DNA of 64,000 nucleotides from Chloroflexota bacterium (GTDB taxonomy: Bacteria; Chloroflexota; Chloroflexia; QHBQ01), in the NCBI GenBank assembly GCA_043754535.1, contig JAYUUN010000124.1, positions 6,454 to 70,453 of the forward strand, read 5' to 3'. Made by a program: the position numbers and the translations under genes. Below the pieces are notes generated by a model, which worked only from the letters and a program-made list of their open reading frames with translations, was not told the origin of the DNA and searched no databases. Positions 1-8,919 of this stretch are shown here, in pieces; position 1 is the first letter of the stretch; every line of letters begins with the position of its first letter.

Positions 1-2
1 CT

Positions 3-1265
3 AGTTGGCTGACCCTGGTCTTCGGCTGGGCGGTCAGCGGGGCCGCTGCGTGGCTGGTATTCGTTGCGGACGGAGCTGCGGGCGAAGGGCGTGGGCGCGT
101 GCTGGGGGCCAGCTTCGGCGGCCTAACCTTGCTTGGCATCGCGGTCTACCTGGTACGGCTCAACCTGACTGGTGAGTTTAGCGGACTGGCTGCTGCTGTC
201 TTCGCCAACCCCGTCGTCCTCAGCTTGTTGCTGCTGGCCCTGGTCGGCGGCCTCAGCCTGTTCCCCCTCTACTGGCTCAGTTCGGGCGAGAGCGAGCAGG
301 AAGCGGGCTGGCGTGGGCGGGGCCTCGTGCTAGCCATCACCTGCGGCCTGCCAGAGGTATACTTGCTGCTGCGGGTGGAGCGGCTGGCGGGCGGGTCGCT
401 ACCCGATTGGTGGTACGGCTGGTTGGCCGCATTGGGTGGGCTGAACGCGATCCTGGCAGCAGTCTTCGCCTTGCGTGGTCGCTCGGCAGCAGCGATCTTC
501 GATGGGCTGGTGGTGGCGGGCAACGGGCTGGCGGTTTTTGCCTTCGCCCTGCACAGCGACGCTGCGACGCTGGCCGCCCTCGCGCTCATCTTCGCCTTTG
601 CCCTCGGTCGAGCTACACTAGCGGCTGGCATGAGCCAGCGACTACTCGCACCGGTGGGGGCGTTGAGCCTGGCAGCCCTACCCCCCTTCGCTGCCGCCCC
701 TGCCTTCTGGCTGCTCTGCATCGAGTGCCTGCGCGTCAACAGTCTGCTGCTCTGGTTGCCACTCGGCTGGCTGCTACTAACCCTCTTTGCCAGCGTCGCA
801 CTGGTGGTCGAGGCGCGGAGTGGTGGCGGCGGACTGGCGATTTGGCTGGCTGGTGGTCTGCTTAGCCTGGCTAGCCTGGCAGCAGGCGGCCTGGGCGACC
901 TCGCACTGACCTACCTGGCCCAGGCGGCGGGCTTGCGCCTGCCAACCCTCGCGTTGCCGCAGTGGTCGGCGGCTGGTTATGGGCTGGGGCTGCTGTTCCT
1001 CGTCACCATTGGGCTGGCGGCTCGAAGGCGGGGGGTAGTGGCGGCTGGCGAACGGCTGACTGCGCCCGACGTGATTGCTCCAGTTGGCGAGTACCTGCGC
1101 TTCGCCGACTGGCTGCACCCCCGTGCCTGGGGTGGAGCAGCTACTAACCTACTGCGCTATGTAGCAGGGCTGCTGGGCAATGCCAACAACGCGGTCGAGG
1201 GCCGCTACTACTTGCTAGCGACGGCCCTGCTCCTTTTGGTCGCACTGTTGGTGATCAGCAGGTGA
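3..1265 (+). CDS. Proton-conducting (MrpD/NuoL/NuoN/HyfB-like) antiporter-like membrane subunit, divergent, 5'-truncated by window edge
   Basis: Frame is open from position 3 (SWLTLVFGW...) into ORF 99..1265. Very hydrophobic, with degenerate family motifs LSLFPLYWL (cf. KxxxFPLHxWLP) and LSLAALPPFAA (cf. LSLxGxPPxxGF). Confidence 0.6.
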   Translation, partial: SWLTLVFGWAVSGAAAWLVFVADGAAGEGRGRVLGASFGGLTLLGIAVYLVRLNLTGEFSGLAAAVFANPVVLSLLLLALVGGLSLFPLYWLSSGESEQEAGWRGRGLVLAITCGLPEVYLLLRVERLAGGSLPDWWYGWLAALGGLNAILAAVFALRGRSAAAIFDGLVVAGNGLAVFAFALHSDAATLAALALIFAFALGRATLAAGMSQRLLAPVGALSLAALPPFAAAPAFWLLCIECLRVNSLLLWLPLGWLLLTLFASVALVVEARSGGGGLAIWLAGGLLSLASLAAGGLGDLALTYLAQAAGLRLPTLALPQWSAAGYGLGLLFLVTIGLAARRRGVVAAGERLTAPDVIAPVGEYLRFADWLHPRAWGGAATNLLRYVAGLLGNANNAVEGRYYLLATALLLLVALLVISR

Positions 1266-1296
1266 GCTGCCCATTTGTGATCCCACCAGCTAGCTA

Positions 1297-1386
1297 CTAC
1301 CGCCCTCGCGCTGCCAGCCGCTATGCTGTACAGCGCAGAAGAAGACGTGGGGCCTAAGCAACACGGCTGGCAGCGCGGGGCGGTGG
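1297..1386 (+). repeat. Long intergenic inverted repeat / stem-loop
   Basis: ACCGCCCTCGCGCTGCCAGCCG (1299-1320) pairs with CGGCTGGCAGCGCGGGGCGGT (1364-1384) with one bulged base; 43-nt loop. Confidence 0.75.
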
Positions 1387-1476
1387 CTTCAGCTTGCCAG
1401 AGGAGTTGGTGTATACTACAGGCTGCGCTGGCAAGCGAATGAGGGTTTATACTGAAGGCAAGGGGAAGGCAGGCTG

Positions 1477-2223
1477 ATGATTGATTTGGCGGCGATTGGC
1501 ATACCAGGGGGCATAATCCTGACTGGCGTGCTGCTGGTGCTGCTGCGCGACTGGCGGTTCACTGTGCCTGCGCTGCTGGCTCAGTACCTGTTGGTTGGGC
1601 TGCTGGTTGGCGGCAGCGTCCCAGCAGACACACGGCTGCTGGGCTTCGACCTCAGCAGCAGCACCCTCTTGCAGGTCGTCACCGGCCTGACGGTAGCTGG
1701 GTTGTTCGCCACTACCAGCCTGCGCCTGGAGAGAGCGCGAGGCATAGTCAGCGACTACGAGGCAGAGTTGGACGATTTCGCGCTGGCGGCCCTGCGGCGG
1801 CGGCAACGGCTGGCGGTGCGGACAGCAGCGGAGAACACTTCGCGCCGGGCCGTCGTCCTCGACTACCTGCTACCTGGTACTGCGCTGCTGATCAGCGGCA
1901 TTGCGGCCTACGCGCTCAGTGCAGCTTACCCGGTCAGCGTACGTGGAGAGGGGCTGGTCAACTTCAGCTTCTACTGGGTGATCCTCTGCGGCGTGTTCGT
2001 GCTGGTACTGGCGCGGGACATCATCAAGCTCAGTGAGGGCTTGTTGGTCACGCTCAACGGCCTCAGCCTGCTGTTGGCAGCGTTGGCGACACGGGGAGGT
2101 CTGTTGGTAGAGGGCTTGACGGCAGCCATCACCATCGGGCTGGCGGCGGCTCTCAGCTACCTGTGGGTGGCTATGTATGAGCGGCGACGCAGTCTCAGCC
2201 TGGAAGTACTACGTGATGAGTAG
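1477..2223 (+). CDS. Multi-pass membrane protein (HyfE/NuoK-like small subunit candidate)
   Basis: 248 aa in two hydrophobic halves separated by a charged loop. Lies between two antiporter-like genes and overlaps the next start. Confidence 0.55.
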   Translation: MIDLAAIGIPGGIILTGVLLVLLRDWRFTVPALLAQYLLVGLLVGGSVPADTRLLGFDLSSSTLLQVVTGLTVAGLFATTSLRLERARGIVSDYEAELDDFALAALRRRQRLAVRTAAENTSRRAVVLDYLLPGTALLISGIAAYALSAAYPVSVRGEGLVNFSFYWVILCGVFVLVLARDIIKLSEGLLVTLNGLSLLLAALATRGGLLVEGLTAAITIGLAAALSYLWVAMYERRRSLSLEVLRDE

Positions 2224-3607
2224 CCTCCTGCTAGCTCTCATCTTTGCGCCAGCTATCGGGGCTGCGGTCGCCTTCATCCTCCGTGGACGGCAACTGCTGG
2301 CGGTGGCAACCGCCGTGCTGACTATCGGTGCGCAGGGGGCTTTGCTGGCCTTCACCCCCGACGGCAGGGGGGGGCTGCTCGGCCTCGACTTGCAGCTTGG
2401 TTCGCTAGAACGGCTCTACCTTGCATTCGCGCTGGTGCCGCTGCTGACCGCGATCCTCTACCATGCACGGGTGGCAGAGGAGAGCAACGCGCTAGTGACG
2501 ACCGCACTGGCGGTGAACAGCGGCGCGAGCCTGGTTGCCCTCAGCCAGAACCCCTACGCCAGCGCGATCAGCCTGCTGGCTAGTAGTCTCGTCCTCTCGC
2601 TCGGCCTGGTGGCGGTCAGCAATAGGAGGGCTGGGGAGGCGGTGACGACGCTGCTGCCAGTGCGCCCCTTCGCGGCGGCCCTGCGCTACCTCAGCCTGGC
2701 AACGCTTGCCAGTGTATTGCTGGGGGTGGCCCTAATCCTGGCTGACTACTATCGGCTCAACCCTGACCAACGTGGGCTGCTCAAGGCGGCCTTTGCCTTC
2801 CTGGTCTGCGGCCTGGCCCTGCGCCTGGGCGTGGTACCATTCCACTACTGGCTAGCCACCCTGTTCGACCCCGGTCGGGGCAGCGGGCTGACAGGGTTGC
2901 TGGCGGTCGGTAGCCTCTCTGGGGCTGCGGTGCTGTTCGCGGCCCACACCCTGGCGGGGCTACCACCGCTGCTCTTGCAGAACGACCTCGCCCGCCTCGC
3001 TACCCAGGGGTTGGGCATGGGCGGGGCGATCCTGGGGGCGACCCTGGCCTATGCTGGAGCAGAGCGACGAACCCGTATCCTCGCCTACCTCTACGTGGCT
3101 GATGCAGGGGTGGTGCTATTTGGCCTCGGCAGCGGCACCGCCCTCGGCCTGAGTGGGGCGTTGATGACTGCCTTCGGCTATAGCCTGAGCGTGCCGCTCT
3201 TTCTGGTCAGCCTCAACCTGGTGGAGGCTGGTGCTAGTGCGCTGGTGGTGAGGGCCGGGCTGGTGGTGGCGGGCCTGTCGTTGGTCGGCTTCGTGCCGCT
3301 CTACGGCTTCGCCGCCCGCTATCAGTTGTATGCAGCGGCAGCGCAGCTTGGTTGGGGTTGGCTGGCAGCCCTACTGCTCGCCAGCCTGCTGATGCTAGCA
3401 GCGGTTGCCCGCCACTTCACCCCCTTGCTGTTTGCTACTGCCACGACGAGCAGCACGGGCCAAGCAGCAAGTGACTTGCGGCCCGACCTCAGCGTAACTC
3501 TGCTGCTGCTGGTGCTGCTGGCGAGTAGCATCGCGCTCGGCCTCTACCCAGCCCCGCTGACTGGGGTAATCGGCCAGTGGGTGCGGGGATTGGGCTGGCT
3601 GCTCTGA
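2216..3607 (+). CDS. NuoN/HyfF/MrpD-like proton-conducting membrane subunit (Proton_antipo_M), divergent
   Basis: About 14 TM helices; motifs LRLGVVPFHYWL, RILAY, GLSLVGFVPLYGF and LGLYPAPL. ATG 2216 is preferred over 2177 because it couples to the upstream stop. Confidence 0.75.
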   Translation: MSSLLLALIFAPAIGAAVAFILRGRQLLAVATAVLTIGAQGALLAFTPDGRGGLLGLDLQLGSLERLYLAFALVPLLTAILYHARVAEESNALVTTALAVNSGASLVALSQNPYASAISLLASSLVLSLGLVAVSNRRAGEAVTTLLPVRPFAAALRYLSLATLASVLLGVALILADYYRLNPDQRGLLKAAFAFLVCGLALRLGVVPFHYWLATLFDPGRGSGLTGLLAVGSLSGAAVLFAAHTLAGLPPLLLQNDLARLATQGLGMGGAILGATLAYAGAERRTRILAYLYVADAGVVLFGLGSGTALGLSGALMTAFGYSLSVPLFLVSLNLVEAGASALVVRAGLVVAGLSLVGFVPLYGFAARYQLYAAAAQLGWGWLAALLLASLLMLAAVARHFTPLLFATATTSSTGQAASDLRPDLSVTLLLLVLLASSIALGLYPAPLTGVIGQWVRGLGWLL

Positions 3608-3609
3608 GG

Positions 3610-6045
3610 CTAGAGCTTCTCGGCAAACCAACCCGCCATCAGGCCCAGCCACTCAACCTGGTGGCGGGGCTGACCGCGCCGAAAGAGCGCGTGCGGCTCG
3701 TTGGGGAAGCGCACGAACTCCACGTCCTTGCGTAGGTACTTGAGGGCGGTGTACATCTGCTCGGCCTGCTCCATCATGCAGCGGTAGTCCACCTCGCCGT
3801 GCAGGATCAGCAGAGGAGTCTCTACCTTCCGCACGTGCATAAGCGGCGACCGTTCCAGGTAGAGGGCGGTTTCGTCGAAGGGCGGGTTGCCGAACTCCAT
3901 GTCGTCGAACAGTGCGCCAGTATCGCACGTCCCCCAGTCGCTCATCATATTGCTCAGGCTGGCCTGGGTCACGGCGGCCTTGAAGCGCGTAGTCTGGCCG
4001 ACGATCCAGTTGGTCATATAGCCACCGTAGCTATAGCCAGTCACGCCCAGGCGGCTGCTATCCACGTAGGGTAGGGTGCAGGCGTAGTCCACCCCGGCCA
4101 TCAGGTCGCGGTAGTCGCCGCCGCCCCAGTCTTTGAGGCAGCCTCGGGCGAAGTCCTCACCATAGCTGGTGCTGCCACGACAGTTGAGGTAGACGACGAC
4201 GTACTCGCGGCCCGCTAGCACGTGGTTGAGCAGCGTCCAGCCGTCGCCGAAGCTAGATTGCGGGCCGCCGTGTATCTGCAAGACGAGAGGATACTGCTTG
4301 CCCGCATCGAAGCCCGCAGGCTTGTGCAGCCAACCATCGATCTGCAAGCCCTCATTCTCCACCGTGAACTTCTCTGCCGTGCCTAGCGCAAGCTCAGAGA
4401 GCAGCTTGCCGTTGAGGTCGGTCAGCCGCCGCCGGTTGGTGCCGTCCAGGGCGCAGGCGTAGAGGTCGGAGGGGATGAAGGTCTGGCTCATAGTGTAGAC
4501 TAGCTGCCCATCGCCCAGCAGGTCAAAGCCCGTCATGCGGAAGTTGTCGCCGTTGACCAGCCGAGTCACGTTGCTGCCCGCTTCTGGCCCAGTGCCACTG
4601 CTGGTTGCGCCAGCAGCACCTTCACCACTGGTGGGCGGAGCAAGAGGAACGCTAAAGATGCTGCTGTTGCCCCGGTCGCCCGCGAAGAAGTAGAGCTGGC
4701 TGCCGTCCGCACTGAAGCGGTGGTCGCCGTTAGTCGCCAGTACTCCCTCCGCTGCGACCGAGCGCGCAAAGTCTGCCATGAGGCAGCGGCCCTCCTGCTG
4801 CTCTCGCGCAGGGTCGAGCGCGTACAGGCGCACTGGCTTACAGCCTGCATGGTCGTTAGGGTCGAGGTGGCCCGCATAGACGATCACGCTACCGTCTGGG
4901 CTGAAGGCAGGCGCACTAGCTGGCCCCTGGCTGCGCGTAAGCTGGCGTGGCACTGGGAAGCTGCCTGTAGCCTCCCCACTGGCGGGGGGCAAGGTGGCAG
5001 TACTGGTCTCCACCACAAAGATGTCGTTGATGCTAATGTTGTAGTCACGCTCTGGGCTGCGGCTGCTGCTGAAGGCGAGCAGGCTGCCGTCGGGCGACCA
5101 GCAGAGTTCGCTATCGTCCCAGTTGCCACTGGTAAGCTGGCGAGTGGTGTCGCGGGGGTCGCGCTCCTGGGCCTGCTTCAGCTTCGGGTTTAGCTTCTCG
5201 TCCTTCTTAGCTCCTCCCTGATCAGCGTCCTCGTCCTTCTTCTTCGGCTTGCTGCCGAGGTCGAAGGCGGCCAGAATATCCTCCATGTCGGTGGCGGGTA
5301 TTGGCACATCTGCAAGGAAGATGTGGCTGCGCTTGGTGTCGTAGAAGCCAGTGCCATCGAACTTGTAGTGCAGGCGGCTGATCACCAGCGGCTTGTTCTC
5401 CTCGCTCTTATCGTACTCGCTGCTGTCGGTTTCGCCCTCGGCTGGCTTTGCGCTGCTGCGCTGCTCACTACTGTCGCCGTCGCTAGGGGTGGGTGCGTCT
5501 ACCCCCTTCGCCTCCTCAGCCGCGCTCGGCAATTCGGCTTCGGGCTGGCCGGGGGCGCGGGTGGCGCGGATGCCCATTTTGCGGATGCGCTCCTCGTAGC
5601 CAACCAACTCTGCGTCCTCCACTTCGCTGACCAGGGCGATGCGGGTGCCATCCGGCGACCACTCGAAGCTGCTCACCCCCTCGCGCAGGTAGGTTAGCTG
5701 GCGCGCCTCGCTGCCGTCCATCTCTAGCAACCAAACCTGCGGCTTGCCACCGCCTGCCACTGCATCACGTTCGCCCTCCTTGCCCCGGTCGGAGAGGAAA
5801 GTCAGGCGACCCGCCAGCGACCAGCGTGGCTGGCTGTCGCTGCTGGGGCCAGAGGTCAGCCGCCGCACATTGTTGCCGTCCAGGCTAGCCGCCCAGATGT
5901 TGCTGCGGTAGCGGTTCTCGCCGCGGTCAACCACACGCAGGGTAAAGGCCACCCACTTGCCGTCGGGTGACACGCGGGGGTCGCCAGCCGTTCGCAGGCG
6001 GTAGACATCTTCGGGGGCGAAAGGTCGCTTTGGGTTGCTTGCCAT
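3610..6045 (-). CDS. S9 family peptidase (acylaminoacyl/dipeptidyl aminopeptidase; PD40 propeller + alpha/beta hydrolase)
   Basis: WSPDG/VSPDG repeats, IHGGP, nucleophile GYSYGG, HGEVDYRC (Asp) and FPNEPH (His). Confidence 0.93.
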   Translation of the reverse strand: MASNPKRPFAPEDVYRLRTAGDPRVSPDGKWVAFTLRVVDRGENRYRSNIWAASLDGNNVRRLTSGPSSDSQPRWSLAGRLTFLSDRGKEGERDAVAGGGKPQVWLLEMDGSEARQLTYLREGVSSFEWSPDGTRIALVSEVEDAELVGYEERIRKMGIRATRAPGQPEAELPSAAEEAKGVDAPTPSDGDSSEQRSSAKPAEGETDSSEYDKSEENKPLVISRLHYKFDGTGFYDTKRSHIFLADVPIPATDMEDILAAFDLGSKPKKKDEDADQGGAKKDEKLNPKLKQAQERDPRDTTRQLTSGNWDDSELCWSPDGSLLAFSSSRSPERDYNISINDIFVVETSTATLPPASGEATGSFPVPRQLTRSQGPASAPAFSPDGSVIVYAGHLDPNDHAGCKPVRLYALDPAREQQEGRCLMADFARSVAAEGVLATNGDHRFSADGSQLYFFAGDRGNSSIFSVPLAPPTSGEGAAGATSSGTGPEAGSNVTRLVNGDNFRMTGFDLLGDGQLVYTMSQTFIPSDLYACALDGTNRRRLTDLNGKLLSELALGTAEKFTVENEGLQIDGWLHKPAGFDAGKQYPLVLQIHGGPQSSFGDGWTLLNHVLAGREYVVVYLNCRGSTSYGEDFARGCLKDWGGGDYRDLMAGVDYACTLPYVDSSRLGVTGYSYGGYMTNWIVGQTTRFKAAVTQASLSNMMSDWGTCDTGALFDDMEFGNPPFDETALYLERSPLMHVRKVETPLLILHGEVDYRCMMEQAEQMYTALKYLRKDVEFVRFPNEPHALFRRGQPRHQVEWLGLMAGWFAEKL

Positions 6046-6122
6046 TTTATCTCCAGGTGATCAGTGGATGGCCGCTGGCTGAGGTCTGCTATGCCCCAGC
6101 AACCGACCGGAGCTACAAGCCT

Positions 6123-8561
6123 CTAAAGGTGGGTGTCGAACCAGCCCGCAATCCGTTCAAGGTTCTCGATGCGGTGGCGTGGCTGGCCGCCGCGGTTGAG
6201 GCCGTGCGACTCGTTGGGGAAGCGCACCATCTGCGTCTCCACCCCGCGTAGCTTCAGCCCAGCAAACAGTTGCTCGGCCTGCTCGATCATGCAGCGGTAG
6301 TCCTGTTCGCTGTGGATGATCAGGGTCGGGGTCTTCATCTGCTTGAGATAGCTGATCGGTGAGTGATCCAGATACCACTTGAGCGTGGTCGGGTCATCCC
6401 AGGGGTGGCCGGGCAGTTCGTACATACCAAAGAAGATGCCAGCGTCGCTCGTCCCCCAGAAGCTCAGCAGGTTGGAGATGCAGCGTTGGGTGACGGCGGC
6501 CTTGAAGCGGTCGGTGTGACCAATGATCCAGTTGGTCATGTAGCCGCCGTAGCTGCCGCCGGTCACACCCATGCGCGCCGTGTCCACGTAGCCCTGGGCC
6601 ACCACTGCGTCCACCAGGGCCATCAAGTCGTCGTAGTCCACGCCTCCCCAGTCGCCCCGGATCGCATTGGCGAAATCCTCGCCGTAACTCTGGCTGCCAC
6701 GCGGGTTGCTGTAGAGGACAACGTAGCCCCGCGCCGCCAGCAGTTGGAACTCGTGCATATACTCCATCCCATATGCACTGTGTGGGCCGCCATGTATCTC
6801 AAGGATGAGAGGGTATTGCTTGCTTGCATCGAAGTCGGCAGGCTTGAGTAGCCAGCCCTGCACTGTAACCCCATCGCGCTGCAAGGTGATCTCCTCTGGT
6901 TCGCTCAACTGCACCTCGGCAAGGAGAGGGGCGTTGACCTCGGTCAGCCGCCGCTGGCCGCTACCATCGGCGTTGAGCAGGTAGAGATCATTGGGGCTGA
7001 GAGCATTACTGCCCACATAGACCAACTGCTGCTGGCCTGGGCCGAAGCTGTAGGACAGCAGCGAAGGTGTGCCGCTACTCAAGCGAGTGATCGGCAAGCC
7101 AGCCTCCGGGTGGCTGTAGCTGTTGCCAGCCACGCCCGCAGTTGGCGCATCCTTCGCCAGGTCGAGGCGGAACAGATAGTTTGCGCCCCGGTCGCTGGCG
7201 GTAAAGTAGATACTCTGGCCGTCGAGCGACCAGATCGGCGACTCATCGCCTACCCCTTCGCGCATATCGGTGCCAACCTGGTGGCCGAGGCTGCGCTTGA
7301 AGCCCTCATTAAGGCAACGCACGCTCGTGGCACCAACCTCCACATCCAGCAACCAGAGCTTGTTGTCGAAGCCACCGCCCATCTCGCCCTGGTGGGCGTG
7401 ACCGACGTAGGCGATCTGCTTGCCGTCGGGCGACCAGGCTGGCTCGCCGCTCGGCCCCACGCCGGGGCTAAGCTGGCGCGGCTCGGCAAACACGTCTCCA
7501 GCAGCCAGTTGGCTGGGGATGAGGAAGATGTCGAGCGCAGAGGTGAGATCGCGGTCGGGCAGGCGGTTGGAGCAGAAGGCCAGCCACTTGCCGTCGGGCG
7601 ACCAACTGGGGCTGAACTCGTTGTAGTCACCGCCGCTAAGCTGGCGGGCGGTGTCACGAAGGTCACGCTCCTTGACCAACGCCTCCTCCTCCTTCTTCTC
7701 GTCCTTCTTGCGCGGCATCGTTGCCAGATCATGCTCGGCCAACGTGCTGGCGAAACCATAAAGGTCGCTGGCTGCTGGCACGTCAATCACAAAGAGGTGG
7801 ACGCGCTCCGAGCCAACGTAGCCTCCACCGTCCTCTTTGTAGCTGAGGCGGCTGATCACCCGCGGGCGGTTCTCGTCGTTCTTCTCCTCATTGACTGCGC
7901 TCTCGTGGGCTGGCTCCGGCGACCGGAGCGGGCTGCCGAACTCCTCGCTGCCACCCTCCTCGTCGCTCATCCCTGCACCAGCGTTGCTCTTTTCCGCTCC
8001 CTGGGCGGCAAGTTCGGCGGCATCGGGCGCGCCAATGCGAGCCAGTTTACCAGCCCCCATGTCGCGGTCACGCCTGGCCTCGGCCAGCACGCTTGGCTCA
8101 TCCACCGCTGCTACAAAGCAGATGCGCTGGCTGTCGGGCGACCAGACGAACTCGGCCACCCCCAGGCACATGAAGGTAAGCTGGCGCGCCTCACCAAATC
8201 CGTCAGCGGGCAGCAGCCAGAGTTGCGGCTTGCCACCGCCTGCGCTCTCCTGCTGCGGGCCAGCCTCACCCCGGTCGGAGAGGAAAGCCAACCAGCGACC
8301 GTCAGGCGACCAGCGCGGGCGACCATCGTTCTTCGGCCCACCCGTGACCTGCTGCTCCGTGCCGCCGTCGAGTGGCAACTGCCAGATCGTCGAGCGGTAG
8401 CGGTTGTCGGCCCGATCTACGGTGCTAAGCACAAAAGCGGCCCGCTTGCCGTCGGGCGAAACCTGGGGGTCGCGCAGGAAGCGTAGCTTGTAGAGGTCGT
8501 GGCTGGTGATCTTGCGCTGTGTGGCCTGGGTAGTCTGCGGTTCGGTTGCGGTCGTCGGCAT
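6123..8561 (-). CDS. S9 family peptidase, tandem paralog
   Basis: WSPDG repeats, IHGGPH, GGSYGG, HSEQDYRC and FPNESH. ATG 8561 has a GGAGGG RBS, so it is preferred to 8621. Confidence 0.93.
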   Translation of the reverse strand: MPTTATEPQTTQATQRKITSHDLYKLRFLRDPQVSPDGKRAAFVLSTVDRADNRYRSTIWQLPLDGGTEQQVTGGPKNDGRPRWSPDGRWLAFLSDRGEAGPQQESAGGGKPQLWLLPADGFGEARQLTFMCLGVAEFVWSPDSQRICFVAAVDEPSVLAEARRDRDMGAGKLARIGAPDAAELAAQGAEKSNAGAGMSDEEGGSEEFGSPLRSPEPAHESAVNEEKNDENRPRVISRLSYKEDGGGYVGSERVHLFVIDVPAASDLYGFASTLAEHDLATMPRKKDEKKEEEALVKERDLRDTARQLSGGDYNEFSPSWSPDGKWLAFCSNRLPDRDLTSALDIFLIPSQLAAGDVFAEPRQLSPGVGPSGEPAWSPDGKQIAYVGHAHQGEMGGGFDNKLWLLDVEVGATSVRCLNEGFKRSLGHQVGTDMREGVGDESPIWSLDGQSIYFTASDRGANYLFRLDLAKDAPTAGVAGNSYSHPEAGLPITRLSSGTPSLLSYSFGPGQQQLVYVGSNALSPNDLYLLNADGSGQRRLTEVNAPLLAEVQLSEPEEITLQRDGVTVQGWLLKPADFDASKQYPLILEIHGGPHSAYGMEYMHEFQLLAARGYVVLYSNPRGSQSYGEDFANAIRGDWGGVDYDDLMALVDAVVAQGYVDTARMGVTGGSYGGYMTNWIIGHTDRFKAAVTQRCISNLLSFWGTSDAGIFFGMYELPGHPWDDPTTLKWYLDHSPISYLKQMKTPTLIIHSEQDYRCMIEQAEQLFAGLKLRGVETQMVRFPNESHGLNRGGQPRHRIENLERIAGWFDTHL

Positions 8562-8808
8562 CGTCGCCCTCCAAAGTAGCCATAAGTCAAAGTTGTTTGC
8601 TAAAGTCGCTTGCGCGCCCATTATACAACCATCGGGCCGTCAAGTCCAGTATAGCAGAGGGTGGCGGAGAAGACGGTGCGTCCCCACTTGTAACCAGGGT
8701 CGCAATTAGCGTGTTCCATCTCCGGGGTTGGCTAGCAAGCAACGTGTCTGCACCTTACCAGTCACCTTACCAACATCGTACTAGCCTAGCTAAAAGTTTG
8801 CTCGTTTC

Positions 8809-8838
8809 TTGTCAGAGACGGCAGAGATGTGCTAAAAT
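8809..8838 (+). promoter_or_regulatory. Putative sigma70 promoter for the giant glycosyltransferase operon
   Basis: TTGTCA (8809-14), 18-bp spacer, TAAAAT (8833-38) with extended TG. Confidence 0.5.
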
Positions 8839-8919
8839 AGCCCGGCTACCGCGCTCCAGGAGGGTAGTTTTCGCCATATTCCTTGCAATCATCATTCGTC
8901 AGTCGCGCTCAGGAAGGTA

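Noticed and set aside
1394-1417. TTGCCA...TATACT promoter before 1477
   Set aside because: The spacer is only 12 bp; the -10 alone may be real but I cannot support a full promoter.
7110-8486. 458-aa plus-strand ORF
   Set aside because: Antisense to an S9 peptidase, with no motifs; expected from high GC3.
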